Below, piece by piece: positions 36,392-48,800 of a DNA stretch of 64,000 nt. Made by a program: the position numbers and the translations under genes. The notes under the pieces are model-generated. The model was not told where the DNA came from and ran no database searches. It worked only from the letters and a program-made list of their open reading frames with translations. Within the stretch, counting starts at the first letter, position 1. The number at the start of each line of letters is the position of its first letter. The DNA is from Tubulanus polymorphus. Lineage: Eukaryota; Animalia; Nemertea. Location of the stretch: NCBI RefSeq assembly GCF_964204645.1, contig NC_134025.1, positions 19,691,101-19,755,100 of the forward strand, given 5' to 3'.

Positions 36392-38178
36392 GAGATATAG
36401 ATTAACAAGAAAATTAATTTTAGAAAATTATTTGACGCCTGAGAAAAAAGTGTAGAATTTCTGGGCTAAGCTAATGTGGAATTGCAAATTTGAAATCGAA
36501 GTTTTAAGAAATTTGGGGAATGATGAGATTTGGCGATTGGGTAGATGATACAGGTCTTCGACTCTAGTAGTGGTTTAAATTTTTTTATTGAAAATTCTCA
36601 ATAATTGATCGCGAACTTGCGACCGACTTCATTTACTTATGCCTCTAAGCTGGTCTGCAACTTCATTGCCTCCATGGATGAAGAAAGAGCTCTTCTGATG
36701 TCTGCTTCATCATGACTTCGAGCATATCGTGTGGTCCCCGGGCCCGGGCCACAGGTTTGGCTGTCACTCGATATCCTAGAGTCTTGAGTCTGGGTGGGTT
36801 GTAGTAGACATTGTCATTTAAAATAACATGCTTATGTTGTTCTGTATGAATTACCCGTGTGTCATGTATGTTGTATTAATTTATTTTCAAATTTGTATTT
36901 ATTGAATTTGGGAATTTTATCCCGGAATTTCAATGTAATAAGGATCAATAAAGAATTGAATTGAATTGTCACCTAATACACATGCCATCAGAAGACACGG
37001 AGCCGTATATGACAGCTATGCTATTATAAATTGCTAATCTCACGAAACTTGCATACTCCTAATATCAAACATATTTTCACAAACGATTGAATATTGAAAT
37101 TATATGTTTACACATTTTCATATTGACCGCTTGTAGCCGCTGATGAAATTCACGCCGGCCTTACACACATCGTAGATAGCTTCGTCATTCCACCGGCATG
37201 CCCACGTCAGGCTCTGACTTTTATATCAGACTTCTGCATCGTGTATACATCCGCCATTTAACCGAATAATCCGATTTACTTATCATTTCTATTTATGCCT
37301 GCCGCTTTTGATATAATCATACATCCTTTACTATTACAATACGTCTTCTAATGATATTTAATGCAATATAACATTTCGACGTTCAAATATAGGTCATTAT
37401 ATAATCACAGGAAGCCATTCTACATCTATGTCAATAATATTTTGCCAGATAGCTTGTTTGTGTACACATAAACCTGTGACGTTTTGCACATCGATTTACG
37501 GCTGTCGTTTGTCGTTTGAGGGCCCATCAGCATAAGAAAAATTGGGTCGATCTGGCACAAGATGGCCGTCCTATGACCTTTTTAGTGCCCAAAATGTCAA
37601 TTTTGGCCAGAATTCTAGGTCCTGTAGCTTCCTACTGGTTTGCCATTTCTCATTGCAATTTGTTATGGATATTCTTTGTAAAGGGATGTTTTATACCTGA
37701 TACAGGTATTTTCGATCAGCCAATTGTGACGCAATTGGCGGGCATCTTGGTGTCATCAGTACTCATTTGTAGGTGGGAAAAAGTTTTTCCACAATAAATT
37801 GATAGCTAAGCATATTGTGTTACTATATCCAATTGGAAAGTTGTAGCCCATAACGTGTTCCATGATTTTGGTGAGTTTCAAGGTCATTGGTTTTTGTATG
37901 TGGCCACCAGGGGGCATTGAATAATACAATAACTTAGTATTTCTTTATTATATTTGTACCTATGCATATTTTGTTACCACAATCAATTGCAAAGTTGTAG
38001 CTCATGACATTTTCCATGATTTTGGTGAGTTTCAAGGACATTAGTTATTCTATATGGTCACCAGGGGGCGTTGAATAGTTGAATAACTTAGTATTTCCTT
38101 AAGATAAAATCCCACTATTTACAGATTAAAAGAATTTAAAAACCAGAATTTATTTATTCAATCAAAAATATATAAAAG

Positions 38179-38220
38179 ACACGACGTTTCCATCTCACCC
38201 TAGAGATCATCGTCAGGTGT
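38179..38220 (-). ncRNA. Minimal type-I hammerhead ribozyme motif in an inverted PLE terminal repeat
   Basis: Same sequence as 36350-36391. The CUGANGA and GAAA core is intact, but the base of stem II is a G-G mismatch. Confidence 0.7.
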
Positions 38221-38232
38221 GAGATATAGATT

Positions 38233-39406
38233 AACAAGAAAATTAATTTTAGAAAATTATTTGACGCCTGAGAAAAAAGTGTAGAATTTCTGGGCTAAGC
38301 TAATGTGGAATTGCAAATTTGAAATCGAAGTTTTAAGAAATTTGGGGAATGATGAGATTTGGCGATTGGGTAGATGATACAGGTCTTCGACTCTAGTAGT
38401 GGTTTAAATTTTTTTATTGAAAATTCTCAATAATTGATCGCGAACTTGCGACCGACTTCATTTACTTATGCCTCTAAGCTGGTCTGCAACTTCATTGCCT
38501 CCATGGATGAAGAAAGAGCTCTTCTGATGTCTGCTTCATCATGACTTCGAGCATATCGTGTGGTCCCCGGGCCAGGGCCACGGGTTTGGCTGTCACTCGA
38601 TATCCTAGAGTCTTGAGTCTGGGTGGGTTGTAGTAGACATTGTCATTTAAAATAACATGCTTATGTTGTTCTGTATGAATTACCCGTGTGTCATGTATGT
38701 TGTATTAATTTATTTTCAAATTTGTATTTATTGAATTTGGGAATTTTATCCCGGAATTTCAATGTAATAAGGATCAATAAAGAATTGAATTGAATTGTCA
38801 CCTAATACACATGCCATCAGAAGACACGGAGCCGTATATGACAGCTATGCTATTATAAATTGCTAATCTCACGAAACTTGCATACTCCTAATATCAAACA
38901 TATTTTCACAAACGATTGAATATTGAAATTATATGTTTACACATTTTCATATTGACCGCTTGTAGCCGCTGATGAAATTCACGCCGGCCTTACACACATC
39001 GTAGATAGCTTCGTCATTCCACCGGCATGCCCACGTCAGGCTCTGACTTTTATATCAGACTTCTGCATCGTGTATACATCCGCCATTTAACCGAATAATC
39101 CGATTTACTTATCATTTCTATTTATGCCTGCCGCTTTTGATATAATCATACATCCTTTACTATTACAATACGTCTTCTAATGATATTTAATGCAATATAA
39201 CATTTCGACGTTCAAATATAGGTCATTATATAATCACAGGAAGCCATTCTACATCTATGTCAATAATATTTTGCCAGATAGCTTGTTTGTGTACACATAA
39301 ACCTGTGACGTTTTGCACATCGATTTACGGCTGTCGTTTGTAAAATGACGCTGAATGGTTAGCATTGTTTAGGTTTCATAATGGTAACGTTTTATAAGGC
39401 GTCAAA
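38233..39406 (-). mobile_element. Second HINE-like element (family B) inserted into an A-run of the inverted PLE repeat
   Basis: SubTIR TTGACGCCT / AGGCGTCAA near both ends, with a hairpin and CTTGTT 3' end and no TSD. The PLE repeat resumes at ~39407-39504. Confidence 0.6.
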
Positions 39407-40399
39407 AAAACAGGGGTATATATACAGAGGAGGACAGGTTATTTGAGTAAATTGGTGAGTGAGTAAATAATTAGTGTTTGGCAAGGCATGAAGTAATATA
39501 CTTACATGGTTCCTACAGCCCCTCACATCCCTCAAAAACCCCTCAAATTCCAAAATCAATTTTTGAGGGTACAAAATCCCTCAAATTCTGAGTTTTAGCC
39601 CTTGGCCCCTAAAAATCCCCTCAATTTCTGACAATTGTATCTCTCAGAGAATTTTGTATCACCTATTTCTAAAGTACCTTTCTTCAAACATTCTTTCTAT
39701 GTAGGCCCCTACATCATGAATTGTGAGACAGAGTGAATTATGCATTGTGTTGTTTGATGATAATCACAGCAGATCATTGCTTTAATTACTGTGTACAAAT
39801 GGATTGGCATTTTATACTGCAATTGTCTTGTTGGCCAGATTAGTTTAAACAATGGTCATATGGGTGATGGGCCTTGTTATCATCCCCAAGTGTCCAGACT
39901 AACTTTCTCAATCATTTTGGAGGGCTTGATTATTTGATTGCAAAGAATCAATTAGACATATTTATCCAGGAGTTTAGCAACAGTTACTTGAAGTTCCTAG
40001 TTGAGCTGGACCCAGTTCCACAGATGTGAGTTATAGAGTTAACTCTTGAGTTAGAGTTAGATTATTTTCATTGAGTTGAATCATAGTCAAATCTTAATTC
40101 TGAACTGTGGAACTGGACCCTGAATGTCAAAGTCATTCGAAATCAAATCAAATGCCGAAATCAAATGTTCAGTTTGTGACAGAAAGTTTTCTGGCAGATA
40201 ATCGTGGAAAGTAGGCTCTTCAGTGGTGTGTGGCCTCCTACTGTAGATGAGTTCTTTCACTCATAACAAACTCCACAGGAAATTGGATTTATTGACGAAT
40301 ACAGCGGCGGATCCCAAAAATTAGCGAGGACTTGAGAGTCAAAGAAATTGAGAGTTGGTTCCAATGGTATATTTGTGAACAGGGAAACAGCGTTGAAAG

Positions 40400-41381
40400 A
40401 TATAAATTTTTTCAGTCTACCGTAAACCTATCAACGCCGAGGCATACCTTCACTTCTTTTCGTTTACTGCTAAATCAATCAAAATTGGTCTCGCTAAAGG
40501 CCTCTTTCTCCGTGCACTACGGATCTGCGATGAAACCTTCCTTTCGGCTGAATTTGAACATATATCCAACTCTCTTAGAAAATTGGCTCACCCTGATCAC
40601 ATTTTGAAAATCGCTATTTCTAAGGCTAAACGTACTTTCTTCAATTCTAAACCTCCAGAAAATAAAAAACACATTTCAGAGTTCATTGTAGTTCCGTATG
40701 TACCTGTTTTGGAAAAGTTTCGTCACACTCTCCCTTTATTGGATAAACAAATCATTTTCACGTATAAAAACAAAATTAGTAAGACTTTGGTTTAAAACTA
40801 TCAATCTAAACCTTTGGACTGCGGAGTTTACAAAATTCTTTGTTTTGGCTGTGATAAAATTTACTTTGGAGAAACTGGTCGCGATTTAAAAACTCGAATT
40901 TCGGAACACAAAAAGGATATAATTAATCAAAAACCGGCTAGTGGCGTAGCCAATCACGTTTTGAACACTGGTCATTGTTTTAATTTTGAAAAAGCCGAAA
41001 TTATTTATACTTCCAGCAATTACACTAAACGTCACATAGTTGAGTCTGCCCTAATTACTTGTCACTCAGATATTAGTACCAATTTACATAATGGCTTTTC
41101 TCCGCATAATTCCCTTCTTTCTAAGTATCTTCATACCTTGCCAAACACTAATTATTTACTCACCAATTTACTCAATTAACCTGACCTCCTCTGTATATAC
41201 ACCCCCGTTTTTAATCTATATCTCACACCTGACAATGATCTCTAGGGTGAGATCGAAACGTCGTGTCTTTTATATATTTTTGATTGAATAAAAAAATTCT
41301 GGTTTTTAAATTCTTTTAATCTGTAAATAGTGGGATTTTATCTTATTATCCGTTCACCACGTTTGAGTGTGGTTATCGTTC
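40400..41381 (+). mobile_element. 5'-truncated Penelope-like retroelement: RT C-terminus, GIY-YIG endonuclease and terminal repeat
   Basis: FSVYRKPINAEAYLHFFS, IVVPYVP and GVYKILCFGCDKIYFGETGRDLKTRISEH...SGVANHVLNTGH...ESALI, with an in-frame stop at 40793. An inverted copy of the 3' end lies upstream. Confidence 0.92.
41225..41266 (+). ncRNA. Minimal type-I hammerhead ribozyme motif of the PLE 3' repeat (core substitution)
   Basis: ACAC CTGACAA T GATCTC-TAGGGT-GAGATC GAAAC GTC GTGT. Stems are perfect, but CUGANGA is changed to CUGACAA. Confidence 0.72.
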
Positions 41382-41949
41382 TATTAGTATTTCCTTATTA
41401 GATTGGTACCTAGGCATATTTTGATACCATGATCAATTGCAAAGTTGTAGTTCATGACATCGTCTATGATTGTGGTGAGTTTTTAAGGACATTAGTTATT
41501 CCACATAGTCACCAGGGGGCGTTGAATAGTAGAATAGCTTAGTATTTCCTTATTAGATTGGTACCTAGGCATATTTTGTTACCATGATCAATTGCAAAGT
41601 TGTATTTCATGACATGTACTACGATTGTGGTGAGTTTTAAGGTCATTGGGTTTTGCATATGGTCACCAGGGGGCGTTGAATAGTAGAGTAACTAAGTATT
41701 TTCATATCAAATTGGTAATGAGGCATACTTTGTTATCACAATCAATAACAAAATCGTAGCTGCTGACATGTTCTATGATTTTGGTGGGTTCAAGGTCATT
41801 GATTTTTGTATATGGTCACCAGGGATATTATATATTGAAATTGTTAGATTGTTGAGCATTTGAAACCCAAGTGGGCATGGTGTCCCTGGACCCCTTGTTG
41901 TGGAGGGTATCTTTATTTTGATAAATAACTGGGTTGGACTCAGTTTTGT

Positions 41950-43190
41950 TCAGTATTTGATCATTGGTTTGATGGTTCACCTCCAATGGATATAATTTGG
42001 TGATAGGTCGGTTTGTGTGACCCTTCGCTGTTTTCATATACTACGCAGCCCGAATCAGTCCATCTTTTCCACGCAATAATCTCTCGACGAGGGTCATTTT
42101 CCATTTAACACGTTTGACATTATCCTCGTGAACTAGGACAATGTCGCCGACTTTTATTTGATTCGAGAGTTTTTTGGTGCCAGTGTGTCTTTCGTGTTAT
42201 TGAACCAGATATTCTTCGGACCATCTCTTTTGGAATTGTTCCAAAAGTGATGATAGGTATTTTGCACGTTATTGATGTTCTGAGTTTGGATCTTCGAAAT
42301 CCATGTGGTAATCATGCAGCCATGTAGCAAATGAGCTGGCGTGAGGGAGTTCGATCTAGCAGTTTTTTGGTACTTCCGATCTAGCAGATTTTTGGTACTA
42401 TAGACATAAGTAATGGGTCTATCATTGAGAGTAGCTTTGATTTTGGAGTTCATCTTGAGTGATGAACGCATGACGTAGAACCTTCCTAAGGCACATTTTC
42501 GCGATGCCAACAAGTCGTTCCAAAAATTCTCTATACCAGGGAGCACGTTTCGGGATAAGATCCCACTGAATACAGTTACCCGCAAAGTAACGTACTTTGG
42601 GAGAATCAAAAAGTTTCCGGACCTCTTTCGCGGCGTATTTGAATGTGCTTTGATTGTCCGAAATGACTTGTATCGGTGTCATACGACGCAATGCAAGGTT
42701 GCCCATGTCCGTTAAAATTACCAGGATGTACCGCATGAGTCGAAGCTTGGCAAAGAGAACGATGTAACACTTTGACTCGTTGTTTAAATGACGATTTCTT
42801 ACGAAAAGTTCTCCGGTGAAGTCAATACCTGTCACCGTGAATGGCGGTGCATCTCAAACTAGTATTTCTCGTAATGGCCGCGTAATATGTGCTTGATAGG
42901 CTAGACCTTGCCCAAATTTACATGTAGTGCATTTCCTGAGGATGCAATCAACACTTTTGCGAACGTTTGGTGTCCACTCGACGAATTTGAGTGGTCACTG
43001 GTGTTCCGCAATGTTTCGCGCGACGGTAATAGAATTGAACGATCAGTCTGGTAAACCAATGTGATTTTGGTTGCAGTACAGGAAGCTTAGTACTGTATGG
43101 AAGGGGAGCATTGTGGAGTCTGCCTCCGCAGCGAATAATTCCAGACTAGTCAATGAACCATCGCAGTTGTGTTCCTCGTGGCTTCATTTG
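41950..43190 (-). mobile_element. Degenerate BEL/Pao retrotransposon integrase region
   Basis: TGIDFTG, ISDNQSTF, IPKRAPWY..FLERLVG, LNDRPITYV and the C-terminal RPITKLYPLEV, across broken frames. Confidence 0.9.
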
Positions 43191-43419
43191 CCACATTGGC
43201 AGAAGAACATAAAAAATTAAGCTTTGAAATAGAATTTTAATTAACACTGAAAAAATATGTACATAATTGCAATGAACCAGTAGATAAACATCTTTGATGA
43301 TTATTTAATTTTGGCCCATCCGGTGTCGCTGCACATCATCAACATGGCAACAGCATCTTAAAACTACGGCAGTTAGATGCTGAAACGTGAGTGACGTGCC
43401 CAAATAAACAATTACAGAA

Positions 43420-46400
43420 CTACGCAAAATCTTTGAATTCAATTGCATTTTCCCTCGTCCAACGTCTTCTTATCGTAAATTCCACAAAGTATGAACATAA
43501 CAGGGCCGACCAAGTGCCCGACATCTTTTTAAGTTTCCTCTTGGTGTTAACCCACAGATTTTCGGTGTGATTCGTCGTGATTCCAGTATTCGGGTCTACG
43601 AAATGGAGATTATAGTTTACCCAACCGTTTACATAGCCATGGCCCAAGTTTGGCAGCAATTGATATGCAGGCCAGCCATCCATGAATATTGTTGACCCAT
43701 TTGCGACGTGAGCTTCGATGATTGGGAGAAGGGAAGCGGCACCCTCCGCTCATCTGGATGAGAGTTGACTCACCCGTTTCGGGACACACGCCACCAATCA
43801 CCCATCAATGTGGTACTTGTCACGATTGGTGATTGGCGGCATGTCGTGCTCTGGCTATGAGTCTCATCCAATTCGACGTGAAGTCCAGGTCAACTAATCA
43901 CTGGAGGTTTACGCTGTTGCTGGTATGCACGAGGCTCTCAAAGAATTGTTCCAGTCAATAACTGTATGTTTTGATATGGCAGATTGCACAATATTGGGTA
44001 CCAAAAACTAACTTTGTTTGTCAATTTTTAATTTTTCTTGAAACACTTTTTATTGATGATATTTTCAAAAATTACATAATTTTTCAAGTCTAGAATAACG
44101 ATTGAGGATAAAAAAATAAAAAAATCTTGACAAAATAGTCATTTAAAGATGGTACTACGTTCTGTCACGAATTGATAATGCATGTTTGACATGGTATAAC
44201 ATTTAAAAAGATGCGATGGGAAATAAACGAATTACTTTACAGAGAAGCAAATTACCAAGTGCGTCATGGCAGTAGGTGAGTTTAACCACCTCTATTCACT
44301 TTATATTAGATAAAAGCTCTGATTCTAAAGGGTTAAATTTGACGGAAATTTATCGAAAATGTCGGTTAGATTTTCCTCACACAAGAATACATGTGATTGT
44401 CTAACATATTAAGCTTCATCACGCTACTCGCTTACAGATAAACGATTGAGGTTGTTACTAAAAACGTTCTTTTATTTGCTTGATCGCAAATACCGAACGT
44501 AATGTTTGACGGAATTTGTCCCGAACGTATTGATTGGGGTGTGTTACGTTCGGGACTCCAGGCCCCGACACTGAGCGATGTCACACCACAGTCAGTTAAA
44601 TATTCCAGATATCGTGCAGTCGACTAACCAGCAGATCTCGGTTATTGTTGCGAAACTCGGTTAAAATTCATCGATATAAACAGCAAGCGCACAGCGGGAT
44701 AATTCCCACGACTATAAATAGAACTCGCGTCAACGCGCAACACATATCAACTGTCAGTGTGCCGTATTCCACGTGGTAGTAGATTGCGGTGAAATATAGA
44801 AATGATGACTGACTCGCGAGGCAAGCAAAGACCAATTGTGTGTAAAATATTGCCGTGGTAAGCGAAATGCCGATGCAACTTGACTCCAAGCTTTAGATTG
44901 ATTTTGATTTTTAACAGTGAATTGAAATGGGAAAATATTTTTTCCAGTCACAAAATCGGCTCCGAGGTAGGGGGAGTCTTAGTACAGTGTACTAATTTTC
45001 TTATTGAAGCGAAGCCTTTAAGTAGCGGCTGGGCCTGCATATATCACTTTGTAAAATGTTTATATCATTTTTACGAATAAAGATGTTTTACTTGTACATG
45101 TATAACTTTGTAATAATAACTGTGCACTAGTTTTGAGAAAAATCGATCCTTGTATAAATATTTTCGACTATTCTACTATTCTACTCGTAGGTCTTTTGTT
45201 GTGATCTAAAATGAGTTTCTAAAATATAGAAATCTTTATCTTCAACCCGAATTTAACATTTTATTTCATATGAACTTATAACAGTATTCCGAACAGTTAC
45301 TACAGTACATTAATTAAAGCAAACAAATTTTTCAACTGTTTATTGTCTTCCTCGACTCGTTTCAATTCGGCAATTTTGAATGGCCCGTGGCTTTCAAGCG
45401 TCAAAGGTCCGTAAAAGAGGAGTCTCCTGCTGATTGTTTCTTCGTCGTTCCGTCGTGGCCAGTCGAAAGTGTCAGCGCCTACCCTGTGTAAATATTTTAA
45501 GTGGGTATCGTCATCGTCATACCATAAAATTCTCCCGATGTAGTAGTTGCGGTCAAAACAGACAGCGTGATACTCTCCCACCTACAAAAGCAAAACAGTT
45601 AGTGCCTTTCGATATAAATTCTTGCAAAAATCAGTGGACAAAAAACTTACTGAAATTGCAGGAAGAGTGTCTTGATCAATGTCAAATTCTTCATCAGTAA
45701 TTTTTGTATGCCAATAATCATCAACGGACTGTGTGGAATTTAGTGCTGTTGGTTGGTGTGAAGAAAGTTGGGGACTTTCCGGTGCTGAAGGATTTTCAGG
45801 TAAGTGAACTTGTGTTTGCGGTTCCTGGTTGATTTCAACGGAAACATTTACATTATCAACGGTTTCTCTTTTCGATAGACTCTTCAGTTTTACATTCTTT
45901 GAGACGCTGACGTAATTAGAGTTTTTGCACACAGACAACTCCAAGCCAATACAATGCATACAACAACAACTAAATTCTCGCACCATCAGTTCGTAATTGA
46001 TGCCAGTATTCTTGTATGAATGTTGTCGACGACACCCCTTAAGAGTACTGATATTTGTCTCGGGCCTGTTTCGTAGAATTGTATTGTCGGCTACATAGAG
46101 AAATGACCGCCGCAAAATTGCATCATCGAGTGTTAGATTGTTTTTACAGTAGGTGTACATTTCCGAGGCACTACATATAATTATCCCACCCGATGGTTTT
46201 CTTCCCATAATATGCAGATTTAATTTCATCCTGGAATTTAACTTCCCGATTCTTAGCAAAATCTGATACCATGAGAAGCCATTTTTCTGGTAGACTGTCT
46301 TTGATGGATGTAAACTGCATATATTGCCAGTGGGCAGTAAATACATGGAGTGGGTAGCTGACTCGACCACAGTTTTCAAAATCTGAAACTAGTTCTATGA

Positions 46401-48800
46401 CAAACTGTCGAAAATTTTCACGTTTCGCGATCAACATGTATTTTGGTTGGGCATTTGGGTATTTTGGATCAATCTTTTTTTCCCAATGATTCCAACAAAT
46501 ACTCTCTTTATCAAAACCAGAACAGAACTTTTCAAGGCTGTTCTTTAAATTTCCACACTTTGAGCAACTACCCTTTACGCATTCTAATCTGTGGAAACGT
46601 TGGCCATCAGATTTGTCACACAGAAGTCAGTCACGTAGTTGAATTCCATCAGAAAATGGACCACCAACAACTTTAAGCGCTTTCATTTTATAATTCAAAT
46701 TTTCACAATATACACATGTACAAACATTACGTGTTTCGCTTAGTTTTCTTACGTTTAGCGGTCTCAATAAATGGAATTTTCTGAGACTTACAGACATGTC
46801 AGGAAATTCTTTGAGAAATAGTTTATGCGCAGCACTTATAGATAATAGGAGCATATATCCCGGGCCATGCTTGTTAGCATACCGTTTTTGCGGCATGACA
46901 CGGGATATATCCTCCCGAAAATAGAATGAACGAATAGCATTTTTAACTTTATCAGAGATCTGATCTTTTCGCGTTCTACGGGCACCAGCAGTTTTTATTG
47001 CGTTAGTCAATGTTTTCCGACTGACTGCATACTCTTTCGAGAGATATCTGATACTGGCCCTTTTACACTTCTTTGCTATTTCTAGGATAGCACTCTTAGT
47101 GAACCTATTTTTTGACCGAAGTTTTTCGAGATAGTGGGTGACCCAATGCAGCTTTTTTTCGGGGGCTCGCGTTTTGAATAAGTCGTTTTACAACCGCTGC
47201 ATATTTCCGGGGGGACTTAGGTAAATTCTTTTTTGCCCTTGACGTGGCATTATAAAATTGCTGTTTTCCAGTAAATGGACTTTTTTCTATCGGAGCACAG
47301 GCCTCATCATTTCCACTTCTTGATTTATTTTGTTCCTTTTTTGTTTGTTTTCTATTGCGATCTTTTTCGCGCACGCATTGCAATTTCTGTGCCGACCATC
47401 TGGCACGCTCCTCGCGTTTCTTTTGACGCCAGTATTCACGTTGCTCATTTACTTTGTTTCTTGTTGCAGCATTATTTTTTACAGAAAAAAACAAAACATT
47501 GAATTAGCGATAAGTTCGGTCATTCACCGCATGATCTGCGTGACCTTCATGACTCGATCGATAAAAGCGAGCCATTTTTGCAAAATCAAGGCCAGTGATC
47601 GTACTCTAATATTGATTTCATGACAAAAAATGGTCATTAACCAACATATTTTTTTATTTCAATTGTTCCCGACAAATAAGTCGCGAACGTAATGCAGTTT
47701 GAAGGAATGGTATAAACATATCAGCACGAAAAAACGTAACTTACAGAGAAAATCTGTGACTAGGGTTCAAAATACCAGGTCAGACCGGAACTAATGGGCA
47801 TTTGAATGGGGCGTTAAATATGAGGTCACGTGTTTATTTCAGTCCCGAACGTATCGCAAGTTTTTGAAGGAATAACTGAGGGCGATACGTTCGGTAATTC
47901 AATATTGATTTTTTTCCCGGCAGCGTGGCGATGAACTGCTTAGAGTAAGTTTGATATCATTGTATGTGCGTGGAGCGTCTATGTGCAGCCGATCGATAAT
48001 ATATGAGGCTCTGTGTTACCGCGATGCACTACGATAATTTTACGCGTATTTTGACAGATGATACGATACGTAGCACTATTACAAATGATGTCGTGTTATT
48101 TAGATTAGTGTACTCTTAATTGTTATTTAAAGTCAATGCATTGATTACTAGAACCATCGCTATGTATTAATAATTTTCGTTGCACGTTCGCTTATAAAAT
48201 AGTTACTTTAAGGTAACTTATTTCATCTTAGCTTCTACGTTCGTTAGAAAATTCCGTCCATAGAAATACGTTCGGGATACTTTATTTTTCAGATTTTACA
48301 ACAAAATAAATATCATACACTCATAAATCTTTCTTATTTATTTCACAATGATACGTTCATGAATATAAACTGAAAGAAAAAAGCATTTATCATATTTAAA
48401 ACAAATTATACCCTTATAACTATATTGACGGAGTCTGGTACCCAATATTGTGCAATCTGCCATATCCAGATCATGGATTCAGCAGTGTTTCTCACATCGT
48501 TGTGTGCCCAGAAATAAACAATTAGTATGAGTTTTTCCTTGAAAGAAGCTGCTGTCTTTCATGCTCTTAGTTCAATGATTCCGGTTTGCTAGGCAATGTC
48601 ATACATAGCCACAGCTGTCTATTTTGATCATGGGTCACCATTAGAGCTTTGCATTGCATCTCATTTCTCTTGCAAGCAGATCATGATTCTGGAACTACTT
48701 AAAACACTCCAACTTGTTACTTTTCACAGCAAGTGTCAACTCGATGATCGTCATTGAGATAACGTCTGGCAAGCAATGTTTGTGCTATTTTGAAGACTGT
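43420..48800 (-). mobile_element. Merlin (IS1595/ISXO2-like) transposase relic split by the Sola element
   Basis: GGVCPETGE, DGWPAYQLL and VNYNLHFVDPNTGITTNHTENLW at 43420-43801. The presumed N-terminal part at ~48466-48800 is weakly supported. Confidence 0.75.
43978..48461 (-). mobile_element. Sola-superfamily (Sola2-like) DNA transposon, 4484 bp, with a decayed transposase at 45300-47494
   Basis: Perfect 26-bp TIRs GGCAGATTGCACAATATTGGGTACCA and a 4-bp TSD ATAT. Motifs LPKSPRK, FYFREDISRVMP, KFHLLRPLNV..CTCVYCEN and DFAKN..QDEIKSAYY. Confidence 0.85.

Larger units (their letters stand above)
35689..39341. repeat. Near-identical 1829-bp tandem duplication
   Basis: GAGGGCCCATCAGCATAAG at 35689 and 37518. 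The units end at 37512 and 39341 and differ by only a few substitutions. Confidence 0.95.
35356..41899 (+). mobile_element. HINE family A copy interrupted by a Penelope-like insertion and a tandem duplication
   Basis: 5' end TTTTAGCCCACTTGGGAC plus GTCC microsatellite. 3' end CCCAAGTGGGC plus GGTGTCCCTGGACCCC hairpin plus TTGTT. The 155-bp internal repeats resume at ~41385, and TTAGTATTTCCTTA flanks the interruption on both sides. Confidence 0.8.
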
